From Rhodocyclaceae bacterium (GTDB lineage: Bacteria > Pseudomonadota > Gammaproteobacteria > Burkholderiales > CAIKXV01), in assembly GCA_020248265.1 (NCBI GenBank), contig JADCHX010000002.1:384011-448010 (forward strand): a stretch of DNA of 64,000 bases, given 5' to 3'. Below the pieces are notes generated by a model. The model saw only the letters and a list, made by a program, of their open reading frames with translations. It was not told the origin of the DNA and ran no database searches. Shown one piece after another: positions 35,063-44,717 of the stretch. Position numbers and translations under genes: made by a program. The stretch's first letter is position 1. Each line of letters begins with the position of its first letter.

Positions 35063-36716
35063 ACACCGGCGCGCCCGGCTGGCTGTCGACCCTGTCGGCG
35101 ACGAAGTAGCCGTGCCGTTCGAACTGGAAGCGCTGTTCCGGTGCCGCGCCGGCCAGGCCAGGTTCGCACTGCGCGGTGATCACGGTCTTGGAAGACGGGT
35201 TCAGGTCGAGCTTGTAGTCGCGCTCGCCGGTGCCCGGATGCGGCACCGCGAACAGGCGGTCGTACAGCCTCACCTCCGCCGCCAGCGCGTGGTCGACCGA
35301 CACCCAGTGGATGTTTCCCTTCACCTTGCGTGAATCGGCGCCCGGGGTGCCGCTCTTTGTCTCCGGCAGGTACTCGCAGTGCACCGCCACCACCGCGCCG
35401 GAGGCGTCCTTGTCGAAGCCCGTGCAACGCACGACGTAACCGTAGCGCAGGCGCACCTCCGCGCCGGGCGACAGCCGGAAGTAGCCCTTGGGCGGCGTTT
35501 CCTCGAAATCGTCGCGCTCGATCCAGAGTTCGCGCGTCAGCGGGAACTCGCGCCGCCCCATCTCGGGATGATGCGGATGAACCGGTGCGCTGCACGGCTC
35601 GATGCGGCCCTCGGGGAAATTGTCGATCACCAGCCTGAGCGGCGACAGCACCGCGATCGCACGCGGTGCCTTCGGCTCCAGATCGTCGCGGATCGCCTGC
35701 TCGAGCACGCCCATGTCGATCCAGGACTCGGCCTTGGACACGCCGATGCGCTCGCAGAACAGCTGCATGCCCTCTGGCGTATAGCCGCGACGGCGAACGC
35801 CGACCAGCGTGGGCAGGCGCGGATCGTCCCACCCGTCGACGCAGCCGCTGTCGACGAGGTCGATCAGCCGGCGCTTCGAAAGCACCGCGTAGGTCAGGTT
35901 CAGCCGTGCGAACTCGTACTGGTAGGGCCGGTACGGGACGGGCAGGTTCTCGACGCACCAGTCGTACAGCGGTCGGTGGTCCTCGAACTCCAGCGTGCAG
36001 ATCGAATGCGTGATGTGTTCGATCGCATCGGACAGCGCATGCGTGTAATCGTACAGCGGGTAGATGCACCAGGCGTCGCCGGTGCGATGGTGGGTCTGGT
36101 GCCGGATGCGGTAGATCAGCGGATCGCGCAGGTTGATGTTCGGCGACCGCATGTCGAGCTTCAGGCGCAGCACGTGCGCACCGTCGGGGAACTCGCCCGC
36201 CTTCATCCGGCGAAGCAGGTCGAGGTTTTCGACAGGGGTACGCGTGCGGTACGGGCTGTCACGGCCCGGCTCGGTGAGCGTGCCCCGACAGGCGCGGATC
36301 TCGTCGGCCGACAGGCTGTCTACATACGCATCGCCGCGAGTCACCAGCAGCTCGGCGTAGTCGTAGAGCTGCTGGAAGTAATCGGAGGCGAAATGCAGGT
36401 GCTCGCCCCAGTCGAAGCCCATCCAGCGCACCGAGGACATGATCGACTCGACGTACTCGGTTTCTTCCTTCGCCGGGTTCGTGTCGTCGAAACGCATGTG
36501 GCAGCGGCCACCGAAGTCGCGTGCGATGCCGAAGTTCAGGCAGATCGACTTGGCATGCCCGATGTGCAGGTAGCCGTTCGGCTCGGGCGGGAACCGCGTC
36601 GTCACCTGCCCCCCGTGGCGCCCGCTGCGCTGGTCTTCCTCGATGATGCTGCGGATGAAGTTCGACGGGGCAGGCGGTGGCGCAGAAGGACTCGGCGGCT
36701 TCGGGGGCTTCGACAT
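35016..36716 (-). CDS. glnS: Glutamine--tRNA ligase
   Basis: Class I HIGH motif in context (TRFPPEPNGYLHIGHAKS), VLSKR in place of KMSKS, and full-length collinearity with GlnS. Confidence 0.97.
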   Translation of the reverse strand: MSKPPKPPSPSAPPPAPSNFIRSIIEEDQRSGRHGGQVTTRFPPEPNGYLHIGHAKSICLNFGIARDFGGRCHMRFDDTNPAKEETEYVESIMSSVRWMGFDWGEHLHFASDYFQQLYDYAELLVTRGDAYVDSLSADEIRACRGTLTEPGRDSPYRTRTPVENLDLLRRMKAGEFPDGAHVLRLKLDMRSPNINLRDPLIYRIRHQTHHRTGDAWCIYPLYDYTHALSDAIEHITHSICTLEFEDHRPLYDWCVENLPVPYRPYQYEFARLNLTYAVLSKRRLIDLVDSGCVDGWDDPRLPTLVGVRRRGYTPEGMQLFCERIGVSKAESWIDMGVLEQAIRDDLEPKAPRAIAVLSPLRLVIDNFPEGRIEPCSAPVHPHHPEMGRREFPLTRELWIERDDFEETPPKGYFRLSPGAEVRLRYGYVVRCTGFDKDASGAVVAVHCEYLPETKSGTPGADSRKVKGNIHWVSVDHALAAEVRLYDRLFAVPHPGTGERDYKLDLNPSSKTVITAQCEPGLAGAAPEQRFQFERHGYFVADRVDSQPGAPVFNRAVTLKDSWASRG

Positions 36717-36905
36717 TGGCGGTTCGGCGATTGCAATCCACGGATTCTAGCGGAACCGGTCGACCCGAAACGCCTCATGTCGCCCAAGGGTCGGGCACGG
36801 GCGACGACGTCGGCCCGGCGAAGACCGCCTTCGCGAAGCGGGTTGCCGCTGTCGGGTGGAACGGATCGCTGCCGGCGTGCCTGCAGGTATCGGGCACGAC
36901 GGACG

Positions 36906-36934
36906 AAAAAAAAGCCGGGCATGCCCGGCTTTTC
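36906..36934. terminator. Bidirectional intrinsic terminator (A8-GCCGGGC-AT-GCCCGGC-T4)
   Basis: aaaaaaaagccgggcatgcccggctttt lies 22 nt downstream of the csp stop. T-runs are present on both strands. Confidence 0.75.
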
Positions 36935-36955
36935 TTCACTGCTTCGACGCGGCGA

Positions 36956-37159
36956 TCAGACGGCCTGGATGTTGGCAGCCTGCTGGCCCTTCTTGCCCGG
37001 CACGACGTCGAAGGAGACGCGCTGGCCGTCCTTCAGGGTCTTGAAACCCGGCATGTTGATCGCGCTGAAGTGCGCGAACAGATCTTCGCCGCCGCCATCA
37101 GGGGTGATGAAGCCGAAGCCCTTCGACTCGTTGAACCACTTGACTACGCCCGTTGCCAT
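36956..37159 (-). CDS. Cold-shock protein, CspA family
   Basis: 67 aa with the RNP motifs KGFGFI and LFAHFS. Confidence 0.97.
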   Translation of the reverse strand: MATGVVKWFNESKGFGFITPDGGGEDLFAHFSAINMPGFKTLKDGQRVSFDVVPGKKGQQAANIQAV

Positions 37160-37333
37160 AACTTGATTCCTTGAGAGCCATTTATAAAGCGGGTAACCCG
37201 CAACCGCTGTTCACATCCCAAGGCACAACAGCCGCCAACCACTGCAGGACGGGCCATCTGAGGTGGCCCGCACCCGCTGAAGAAGCAGCGGTCGGATTGC
37301 AGACTTCGGACTTAGAGAGGAACAACAGTCTGC

Positions 37334-37362
37334 GGTATACCGGGTAATTCGGGACGCGTCAA
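37334..37362 (-). promoter_or_regulatory. Candidate sigma70 promoter for csp (TTGACG-17-TATACC), implying a 5' UTR of about 165 nt
   Basis: The reverse strand reads TTGACGcgtcccgaattacccggTATACC. The long leader is consistent with cspA-type genes. Confidence 0.45.
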
Positions 37363-37426
37363 CCATTTCGTGTCCCTGTGTCTGTGCGGTGCCCGACGGT
37401 GGCCGCGACAAGGGGCGACCGGCACC

Positions 37427-38020
37427 TCAGAATCCGTCGTGGCGACGCCGTACCGAACGCCAGCCGACCGCGATCGAGAGCACGATCAGGCCCGAAAACC
37501 ATAGCAGCGTCCATGCAGGAATGGTCAGTCCGAGGAAGCGCCAACCGGCCTCGGCGCATTCGCCGGACCCGCGCAGCACCAGCGAAAAAACCTGCGACAA
37601 CGGGAACTGCTGCAGCATGAAGTCGAGGCCTGGCCCGCACTCCGGCACGCGATCCTTGGGCAGGTTCTGCAGCCACACATGGCGCCCGGCCACCGCCGCC
37701 CCGGCCGCACCGATCATTGCCGCCAGCACGCTGTAGACGATGAGCCCCCTGCCCCGCGGCGCGTGCAGCGCCGCCACCATGAACACCAGGCCCATGCCGA
37801 TCATCGCGATCCGCTGCAGGATGCACAGCGGGCAGGGATCCTCCTTCTGCACGTACTGCAGGTAGAGGGCAAAACCGATCAGGCAGAAGCAGGCAATCGC
37901 GGCGAGGCCGTATGCGCGCCTGGGCGCGAGCCAGCGCGCCGCCCAGCCGCCACCCGGCGCCGCGAAGATCGCGCGCCCACCGCCGTCGTTCCAGCCATTG
38001 CGTCCGCGTCTGCCGTTCAT
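37427..38020 (-). CDS. dsbB: Disulfide bond formation protein B
   Basis: Four TM helices, with CPLCILQR in the first periplasmic loop and a second Cys pair (PECGPG...GECAEA). Confidence 0.88.
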   Translation of the reverse strand: MNGRRGRNGWNDGGGRAIFAAPGGGWAARWLAPRRAYGLAAIACFCLIGFALYLQYVQKEDPCPLCILQRIAMIGMGLVFMVAALHAPRGRGLIVYSVLAAMIGAAGAAVAGRHVWLQNLPKDRVPECGPGLDFMLQQFPLSQVFSLVLRGSGECAEAGWRFLGLTIPAWTLLWFSGLIVLSIAVGWRSVRRRHDGF

Positions 38021-38123
38021 CGTTCTCGCTCAGGCACAGGCGATCGGCGCAACCCGGACCTTCGGGCCCCGGGTGCATCGTCTCGCCGTTCGATCATCGC
38101 GCATCGTAGCGTCACCGGGCGGC

Positions 38124-38522
38124 TCACCGCAGTTCGACCGGCTGACCACCTTCGAGGGTGATCCGCTCCGCACGCATCTGCCGCGCGTCGCTACGGTGCG
38201 GATAACCGACCAGCGTCGCGGTCGCGCCGACCTTCAGGCTGCCCGCGGGCAGCCCGCGCGCATCCATCCGGGCCGGCGGTGCGAGAATGACGCGCCACAC
38301 CTGGTTGCCGGCCTTCATGCGCACGAAACCGTGCGGATTGTCGTGGCCGGCCTCGAGGATCGCACCGGTGATGGTAAGCGCGCGGCCGGTGTCGTACTCG
38401 CTCCAGCCGTGGTGCGCGCAGGCACCTGCCGCCGCAAGCAGCAGGCCGGCGCCGGCGGCGAGCACGCCGATCACGCGCAGGCCCGGTCGAGGCGACAAAG
38501 GCTTGGTCGATGTCATGGTCAT
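38124..38522 (-). CDS. Small secreted protein, DUF6152-like
   Basis: The track ORF starts at a TTG (38540); I prefer the ATG at 38522 (MTMTSTKPLSPRPGLRVIGVLAAGAGLLLAAAGACA). The mature part begins HHGWSEYD...NPHGF, resembling the DUF6152 pattern. Confidence 0.55.
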   Translation of the reverse strand: MTMTSTKPLSPRPGLRVIGVLAAGAGLLLAAAGACAHHGWSEYDTGRALTITGAILEAGHDNPHGFVRMKAGNQVWRVILAPPARMDARGLPAGSLKVGATATLVGYPHRSDARQMRAERITLEGGQPVELR

Positions 38523-38541
38523 CCCCGGGCAGACAGGCAAA

Positions 38542-39528
38542 TCACGGAATCAGCACGGTCGAGCCCGTGGTCCGCCGTGCCTCGAGGTCGCGGTGTGCCA
38601 GCGCCGCCTCGGCCAGCGGATAACGCTGCTGGATCTCGATCTTCACCTTGCCAGTGAGCACGGCATCGAACAGGTCGGCCGCGCTCGCGAGCAGGTCTTC
38701 GCGCGTCGCGGTGTAACTCATCAGCGTCGGGCGGGTGAAGAACAACGAGCCGCGCGATGCGAGGTCGGCGGTGTTCACCGGCGGGATCGGTCCGGACGCG
38801 TTACCGAAGCTGACCATCATGCCGAGCGGCTGCAGGCAGTCGAGCGAAGCCGGCCAGGTGTCCTTGCCGACGGAGTCGTAGACCACCGGGACGCCACGGC
38901 CACCGGTGATCTCCTTCACCCGCTCGACGAAGTTCTCGCGCGAGTAGACGATCACATGATCGCAGCCGTGGGCCTTCGCGAGGCGGGCCTTCTCGTCCGA
39001 GCCGACCGTGCCGATGACGGTGGCACCGAGCGCTTTCGCCCACTGGCAGGCGATGAGGCCGACGCCGCCGGCCGCTGCATGCCACAGGATGGTCTGTCCC
39101 GCCTTCACCGGATACGTGCGCTTGAGCAGGTACTGCGCGGTCATGCCCTGCAGCATCATCGCTGCGGCCTGCTCGAACCCGATGCCCTCGGGCAACTTCA
39201 CCAGCTTCGCTGCCGGCATCACGCGCGCCTGTGAGTAGGCGCCGGTCGGCGTCCCGGCGTAGGCAACACGGTCACCCACGGCGATATCGGTCACGCCCTC
39301 GCCGACCGCCTCGACCACGCCCGCACCTTCCATGCCCAGCCCGCCCGGCAGCGGCTGCGGGTAGAGACCCGTACGGAAATAGACGTCGATGTAGTTCAGG
39401 CCGACCGCATGATGGCGCACCGTCGCCTGGCCGGGGCCAGGCACGGGCAGCGGCACCTCCTCCCAGGACATCACCTCGGGGCCACCCACGGCCTGGATAC
39501 GGATCGCCTTCGTGGTACCGGTGCTCAT
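38542..39528 (-). CDS. qor: NADPH:quinone oxidoreductase (zeta-crystallin/Qor family)
   Basis: ORF 38542..39780 trimmed to the ATG at 39526-39528 (MSTGTTKAIRIQAVGGPEVMSWEEVPLP). Motifs are GLNYIDVYFRTGLYP and AAAGGVGL. Confidence 0.88.
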   Translation of the reverse strand: MSTGTTKAIRIQAVGGPEVMSWEEVPLPVPGPGQATVRHHAVGLNYIDVYFRTGLYPQPLPGGLGMEGAGVVEAVGEGVTDIAVGDRVAYAGTPTGAYSQARVMPAAKLVKLPEGIGFEQAAAMMLQGMTAQYLLKRTYPVKAGQTILWHAAAGGVGLIACQWAKALGATVIGTVGSDEKARLAKAHGCDHVIVYSRENFVERVKEITGGRGVPVVYDSVGKDTWPASLDCLQPLGMMVSFGNASGPIPPVNTADLASRGSLFFTRPTLMSYTATREDLLASAADLFDAVLTGKVKIEIQQRYPLAEAALAHRDLEARRTTGSTVLIP

Positions 39529-39720
39529 CTGCGTGTGCCCTCCGATCGTTCGTCGCGCGGCTCTGTCGCCGTCGCCTCTGCAGATGATAAGCGAAGCGTG
39601 CCGCGTTGCCGTCGGCGGCGGCCGGGCCGCCCGGGTGTATAGTCTCCGTGCGGTATCCACCGCGCCGTCGAAACGGCCGCGCGCACAGGCCTCGCCCTTG
39701 TGCAACGGCACGGAACAACC

Positions 39721-39927
39721 ATGAGCCACCCCTACCGGGCGCAGCTTCTGGCCCGCGTCGATGAACTGGCGGGCGAGCATCGCGACCTCGACCGTCTGCT
39801 GGACGCGCTCCTCTCAGAGCCGGTCGTGGACCAGTTGCAGGTACGCCGCCTGAAGAAGCGCAAGCTGTTGCTGAAGGACCAGATCGCGCTGCTGAGGCGC
39901 GAACTCGATCCCGACGTCAGCGCCTGA
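39721..39927 (+). CDS. YdcH/DUF465 family protein
   Basis: ATG at 39721. A small coiled protein with the RRLKKRKLLLKDQIALL motif typical of DUF465. Confidence 0.75.
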   Translation: MSHPYRAQLLARVDELAGEHRDLDRLLDALLSEPVVDQLQVRRLKKRKLLLKDQIALLRRELDPDVSA

Positions 39928-39941
39928 GCGCGTCGACCGCG

Positions 39942-40376
39942 ATGGCTGCCCTGATCCCGGTCGCGCCCGGCATCGGCCTCGACCCCGGCTGCATCGAGGT
40001 ACGCTTCGTGCGCGCCTCCGGTCCAGGCGGTCAGAATGTCAACAAGGTCTCTACCGCGGTCGAGCTGACCTGCGACCTGCCCCGGTCCGGATTGCCGGCC
40101 GAGGTACAGCAGCGCGCGATCGCGCTGGCGGGCAGCCGCGCCACGCTCGACCGGCGCATCCTGATCAGCGCCCAGCGCCACCGCACCCAGCAGCTGAACC
40201 GGGACGACGCGATGGCCCGCCTGCTCGAACTCATCGCACGCGCCTGCGTGCGCCCGAAACGCCGCGTCGCGACCCGCCCGACGGCCGGTTCGCGCGAGCG
40301 CCGACTCAGCGACAAGAAGGCGCAGGGCTCGATCAAGCGCAACCGCGCCGGCGGCCGCGGCAGCCTCGACGACTGA
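39942..40376 (+). CDS. arfB: Alternative ribosome-rescue factor ArfB (peptidyl-tRNA hydrolase, YaeJ)
   Basis: RF-1-domain GGQ motif (RASGPGGQNVNKVSTAV) plus a basic C-terminal tail. Confidence 0.9.
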   Translation: MAALIPVAPGIGLDPGCIEVRFVRASGPGGQNVNKVSTAVELTCDLPRSGLPAEVQQRAIALAGSRATLDRRILISAQRHRTQQLNRDDAMARLLELIARACVRPKRRVATRPTAGSRERRLSDKKAQGSIKRNRAGGRGSLDD

Positions 40377-40380
40377 CGGG

Positions 40381-41478
40381 TCAGTCGGCGTCGGCGGGCG
40401 GCTTGATGCCGAGCGCGGGACGGGCCGCGGACGGCTGCGGCAGCGTCGGCGCCGCGGGGGGTATCTCGCGCAGTCCGGTCCGAGGCGCTTCAAGGGCTCC
40501 GGCCGAGGGCTCGGCATGCACGGTATACAGCTGCGGGACGTCCCGGTTGATGTGCAGCTGGAAGATGTCCGGCCGGTTGTAGTGTCCGGCGAAATCGTGG
40601 CGCAGCTTCATGTTGATGCCAGCCTCGAGGTTGCATTCGGCGTACAGGATGCCCTCCTCCGGGCCCATCGGCCCGGCGACCACGCGGCTGTACGGCGACA
40701 CGATCAGGCTGCCGCCGCAGCAATCGGGGCTGCGCAGGAACTTCTCCCCCTCGGGCCCGACCTCGAGCTTGCGGATCGTGTCCTCGTCGACCGTGCCGCA
40801 GGCCGAGATCACCCACGCCTTGCTCATCTGCGCGAATGCCTGCGAGTCGATCGCGACGCGGTTGCGCAGCGGATCGCCGCTGGTGGGGAAGTGGTTCGGC
40901 CAGCTCATCACGTGGATACGGGTGTGTTCGGCGGTGAGCGCGAAGATCGCGAGCGGATTGGAGTTCTCGCCGCAGATAAGCCCGCTGACCGGCCCGAACT
41001 GCGTCTGCACCGCGCCGAAGGTGTCGCCGAAGCCGCCGGTATGCACCAGCCGCTCGCCTACCGTGGGCATGATCTTCTGGTGCTTGCCGAGCAGCGTGCC
41101 GTCCGGACCGAACCACACCTGCGTGTTGAACAGCGTACCGAGCGTCTTCGGCAGCTTTTCGCAGACGCCGATGACCACGTAGGCTCCGGCCTCGGCGGCA
41201 GCTGCGGACAGCGCCGCGATCTCGGGACCCGGGATCTCGACCGCGTTCTTGAACAGTTCCACCGCGAACCGGTTGGCCAGCGTGCCGGTGGCTGGATGAT
41301 GGTGGTACCAGATCGGATGGGCCGGGATGAAGCTCTCCGGAAAAGCGATGAGCTGCGCGCCGTTGGATCCCGCTTCACGGATCAGCCGGCATGCCTTCTC
41401 GGTCGATCCCTCGCGGTCGAGGAACACGGATGCCGCCTGGACGGCAGCGACTTTCACGACGGGATACTGGTCACCCAC
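40381..41478 (-). CDS. Nitrilase/cyanide hydratase family carbon-nitrogen hydrolase
   Basis: GTG start. VKVAAVQAASVFLD, AFPESFIP (Glu), HQKIMPT (Lys) and LICGENSNPL (Cys) are present, plus a Pro/Ala-rich C-terminal tail. Confidence 0.88.
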   Translation of the reverse strand: MGDQYPVVKVAAVQAASVFLDREGSTEKACRLIREAGSNGAQLIAFPESFIPAHPIWYHHHPATGTLANRFAVELFKNAVEIPGPEIAALSAAAAEAGAYVVIGVCEKLPKTLGTLFNTQVWFGPDGTLLGKHQKIMPTVGERLVHTGGFGDTFGAVQTQFGPVSGLICGENSNPLAIFALTAEHTRIHVMSWPNHFPTSGDPLRNRVAIDSQAFAQMSKAWVISACGTVDEDTIRKLEVGPEGEKFLRSPDCCGGSLIVSPYSRVVAGPMGPEEGILYAECNLEAGINMKLRHDFAGHYNRPDIFQLHINRDVPQLYTVHAEPSAGALEAPRTGLREIPPAAPTLPQPSAARPALGIKPPADAD

Positions 41479-41511
41479 GCTGCGACTCCTGGAAAGGGGC
41501 TGGATTGAAGT

Positions 41512-42252
41512 TCAAGCTGCGGCTGCGGCAGGGGTGGAAGGGTCAGCGCCAGGCAGCCGCCACAACGACGGGCCACGCGACGCCTTGTCGATCGCATCGA
41601 GGCGCGCCTCGTGTGCAGCCACCTCGGAGGCATCGGCGGCAACGACCGGCAGCACCAGCGTCGCGAGGTCGGCCTCGCCGCCGGCTGCGAGGCGATCGGC
41701 CGGTGCAGTGTCGATCACCAGCCGGTCCTGGCCCCGCGTCATCGCCAGGTAGACCTGCGCCAGCAGCCGGGTGTCGATCAGCGCACCGTGGCGCACCCGG
41801 CCACTGCGGTCGATCGAATAGGCTTCGCACAACGCATCGAGGTTGTTGCGCTTGCCGGGGCGCAGTTCGCGCGCCAGAGCGAGGCTGTCGATCACCGGCC
41901 CGCAGTAGCGCGACAGCGGCTCGTGTCCGGCCAGCGCCAGTTCCGCATCGAGGAACTCGATGTCGAAGGCCGCGTTGTGGATGATCAGTTCGGCACCGTC
42001 GATGAACTCGAGGAGGTCGCGCGCGATCTCGGGGAAGGCCGGCTTGTCGGCCAGGAACTCGCTGGTCAGGCCATGCACCTCAAGCGCGCCCGGTTCGCTG
42101 TCGCGCCCGGCATTCACATAGCGGTGAAAATAGACGCCGCTCAGCTGGCGGTTCACGATCTCGACCGCCGCGACCTCGATCACGCGGTTGCCGAGCTTCA
42201 CGTCGAGCCCGGTGGTCTCGGTGTCCAGGGCCACCTGTCGGATCGTGCGCAT
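41512..42252 (-). CDS. dnaQ: DNA polymerase III epsilon subunit (3'-5' exonuclease)
   Basis: ORF trimmed to the ATG at 42250-42252 (MRTIRQVALDTETTGL). The Exo I, II and III motifs are DTETTG, HNAAFDIEFL and HGALIDTRLLAQVY. Confidence 0.93.
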   Translation of the reverse strand: MRTIRQVALDTETTGLDVKLGNRVIEVAAVEIVNRQLSGVYFHRYVNAGRDSEPGALEVHGLTSEFLADKPAFPEIARDLLEFIDGAELIIHNAAFDIEFLDAELALAGHEPLSRYCGPVIDSLALARELRPGKRNNLDALCEAYSIDRSGRVRHGALIDTRLLAQVYLAMTRGQDRLVIDTAPADRLAAGGEADLATLVLPVVAADASEVAAHEARLDAIDKASRGPSLWRLPGADPSTPAAAAA

Positions 42253-42262
42253 CAGTCGCCCC

Positions 42263-42760
42263 TCAATCGCCGGAAGCGGCAGACACGCCGCGATTGGCCA
42301 GCGCATCGGCCCGCTCGTTACCGGGATGCCCGGCGTGGCCGCGCACCCAGAGCCATTCGATCCGGTGGCGCGAAGCCGCCGCGTCGAGCGCCTTCCACAG
42401 ATCGACGTTCTTCACCGGTGCACCGGCGGCCGTCCGCCAGTTCTTGCGTTTCCAGCCATGGATCCAGGTGCTGATGCCCTGCTGCACGTACTGCGAATCG
42501 GTATGTACCCGGACCACGGACGGACGGGTCAGCGCGTCCAGCGCGCGGATCACCGCCAGCAGTTCCATCCGGTTGTTCGTCGTATGCGCCTCGCCGCCGA
42601 ACAGTTCCTTCTCGTGGCTGCCGCGCCGGAGCAGCGCGCCCCAGCCCCCGGCCCCCGGATTGCCCTTGCAGGCGCCGTCGGTGTAGATATCGACCGGCGG
42701 CTCGCCGTCGGCCATACCCGCTTTGTCATCGTCCGGCATCGCCGGCTGCTGCGCTTGCAT
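42263..42760 (-). CDS. rnhA: Ribonuclease HI
   Basis: [22 protein letters not shown]...TNNRMEL...TDSQYV...[12 protein letters not shown]. The ATG at 42760 is chosen; ATGs at 42739 or 42715 are possible. The track ORF 42263..43204 over-extends into the upstream gene. Confidence 0.92.
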   Translation of the reverse strand: MQAQQPAMPDDDKAGMADGEPPVDIYTDGACKGNPGAGGWGALLRRGSHEKELFGGEAHTTNNRMELLAVIRALDALTRPSVVRVHTDSQYVQQGISTWIHGWKRKNWRTAAGAPVKNVDLWKALDAAASRHRIEWLWVRGHAGHPGNERADALANRGVSAASGD

Positions 42761-42792
42761 GTGTGGTGAACCCTCGTCTTGCGGATGCGCGT

Positions 42793-43605
42793 TCAGTTGG
42801 AAGGCAGATGTGGATGGGGCGGCGGCGGCGCCTCGCACGCGGCGGCGCCTTCGGGCCGGCGCACCCGCCGCGGCACCACGGCCAGCGCCGGTTTCGCGCG
42901 CCGGTTCTCGGACCAGCGGGGCAGGATCACGCGCATGCCGACGACGCGCTTGACCGCCTGCAGGAAATACACGCCGCCGGCGAACGGCCACCAGCGGTTG
43001 CCGGCCGCCTCCATGAAGCCGCCGCGGCGCAGCCACTTCTGCTGCGCGAACGGCGGGGCGTAGCAGGCCATGCGGCCCGCAGTCACCTCGAATCCGAGCA
43101 GCGTCAGCCAATCCTTCAACTGCAGCAGGCTGATGTATTCGCCCTGCCAGGGGGACGCCCCGCCACCACCGGCCAGCGTGCGGCGGATACCCCAGAGGCT
43201 CCACGGATTGAGCCCGGAGATCAGCAGGTTCCCGTCGGGCATCAGGATACGTTCGACCTCGCGCAGGATCTGGTGCGGATGCGGGCTGAACTCGAGCACA
43301 TGCGGCAGCACCACCAGGTCGACCACGTTTGGCGCGATTGGCAGCGCGGTGCAGTCGGCACGCAGCCCGGCCGGTGCGATCGGGGCGACGCGCTCGCGCA
43401 GCGTCATCCGGCTGGCGCGCAGCAGGTCGACCTGGGGCAGCCCGATCTGCAGGGCGTTGTAGCCGAACAGGTCGACGACGGTCGCGTCGAAGAAGCGCTG
43501 CTCCTGTTCGACGAGATAGGTGCCCAGCGGCGTGGCGAGCCAGTCAGCATCCGGCGCACCCAGCCCCGGAGGCTGTGCGTTTACCATCTTGACCTGGTTC
43601 TTCAT
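42793..43605 (-). CDS. Class I SAM-dependent methyltransferase (the conserved gene between gloB and rnhA)
   Basis: ORF 42793..44208 trimmed to the ATG at 43603-43605 ([11 protein letters not shown]...), or to 43587. [37 protein letters not shown] matches the methyltransferase-11-type C-terminal half. Synteny is conserved. Confidence 0.8.
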   Translation of the reverse strand: MKNQVKMVNAQPPGLGAPDADWLATPLGTYLVEQEQRFFDATVVDLFGYNALQIGLPQVDLLRASRMTLRERVAPIAPAGLRADCTALPIAPNVVDLVVLPHVLEFSPHPHQILREVERILMPDGNLLISGLNPWSLWGIRRTLAGGGGASPWQGEYISLLQLKDWLTLLGFEVTAGRMACYAPPFAQQKWLRRGGFMEAAGNRWWPFAGGVYFLQAVKRVVGMRVILPRWSENRRAKPALAVVPRRVRRPEGAAACEAPPPPHPHLPSN

Positions 43606-43647
43606 TCCGTCCGACACGAACTGCCTTCCTGACTCCGGAGCCTTGCC

Positions 43648-44475
43648 ATGCCCGCCTCGTCCGCCGCGCGTCCCGCCGTCCCGACCACCCTGCCGGACGG
43701 CATCACGATCGAGCCGATCGATGCATTCAAGGATAACTACATTTGGTGCATCCGCGCCGGTGGCCATGCCGTCGTAGTCGATCCGGGCGAGGCGGCGCCG
43801 GTGCTCGCGGCGCTGCGGGCGAGCAGCCTGCGGCTCGCCGGCATCCTGCTGACGCACCACCACGCCGACCATGTGGGTGGCGTCGCCGGGCTGGTGCACG
43901 CCCTGGGGCCGGTCCCGGTCTACGGCCCGGCCGACGATCGGGTCACCGAGGCGACCACACGCGTGCGCGACGGCGATCGGGTGGTACTCGATGGCCTCTG
44001 CGACGGCGGGCTCGAGTTCGAGGTACTGGAGGTGCCAGGGCACACCACCAGCCACGTCGCGTTCCACGGACACGGACTGCTGTTCTCCGGCGACACCCTG
44101 TTCTCGGTCGGCTGCGGACGGATGTTCGAGGGTACGCCGTCTCAGATGTCGGCCTCGCTCGACCGGCTGGCGGCGCTGCCACCGGAGACGCTGGTGTTCT
44201 GCGGCCACGAATACACCGCAGCCAACATCGCCTTCGCGCGCACGGTCGAGCCGGGCAACGGCGCGATCGACGAGTGGGCGAGCGAGGTCGATGCCCGGCG
44301 CACGTCGGGTCGCCCCTCATTGCCATCGACCCTTCGCACCGAACGCGCGACCAATCCGTTCCTGCGCTGTGCCGAGCCGGCAGTGGCCGATGCCGCGGCG
44401 GCACATGCCGGACGCGCACTGTCCGGCCCGGTGGAGGTGTTCGCCGAACTGCGTGCCTGGAAGAACGTCTTCTGA
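43648..44475 (+). CDS. gloB: Hydroxyacylglutathione hydrolase (glyoxalase II)
   Basis: Metallo-beta-lactamase motif LLTHHHADHVGG, followed by GHTTSHV and FCGHEYT. Confidence 0.92.
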   Translation: MPASSAARPAVPTTLPDGITIEPIDAFKDNYIWCIRAGGHAVVVDPGEAAPVLAALRASSLRLAGILLTHHHADHVGGVAGLVHALGPVPVYGPADDRVTEATTRVRDGDRVVLDGLCDGGLEFEVLEVPGHTTSHVAFHGHGLLFSGDTLFSVGCGRMFEGTPSQMSASLDRLAALPPETLVFCGHEYTAANIAFARTVEPGNGAIDEWASEVDARRTSGRPSLPSTLRTERATNPFLRCAEPAVADAAAAHAGRALSGPVEVFAELRAWKNVF

Positions 44476-44562
44476 GGCCAGCGCGCGAGGCAGACTCGAG
44501 ACATTCGGCCAATATCTTTGAAGAATCAGTCAGATACGATTCCAGTCGATTGTCGTTCCGCC

Positions 44563-44591
44563 TTGACTCGACCGCCCCGGCCGACTAAGCT
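44563..44591 (+). promoter_or_regulatory. Candidate sigma70 promoter for mltD (TTGACT-17-TAAGCT)
   Basis: Read in the lower-GC gloB-mltD spacer: TTGACTcgaccgccccggccgacTAAGCT. Confidence 0.35.
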
Positions 44592-44717
44592 GCCGTTTCT
44601 CAATTCATCCCCGGCCGTGTGCGATCTTGCATGCTGAAGCGTCGACCCCCGCAGTCGCGATGACATGACATCGCGTCCCGGTGATCGTGCGCAGTCGCAC
44701 CACCGGAGCACCGATCG

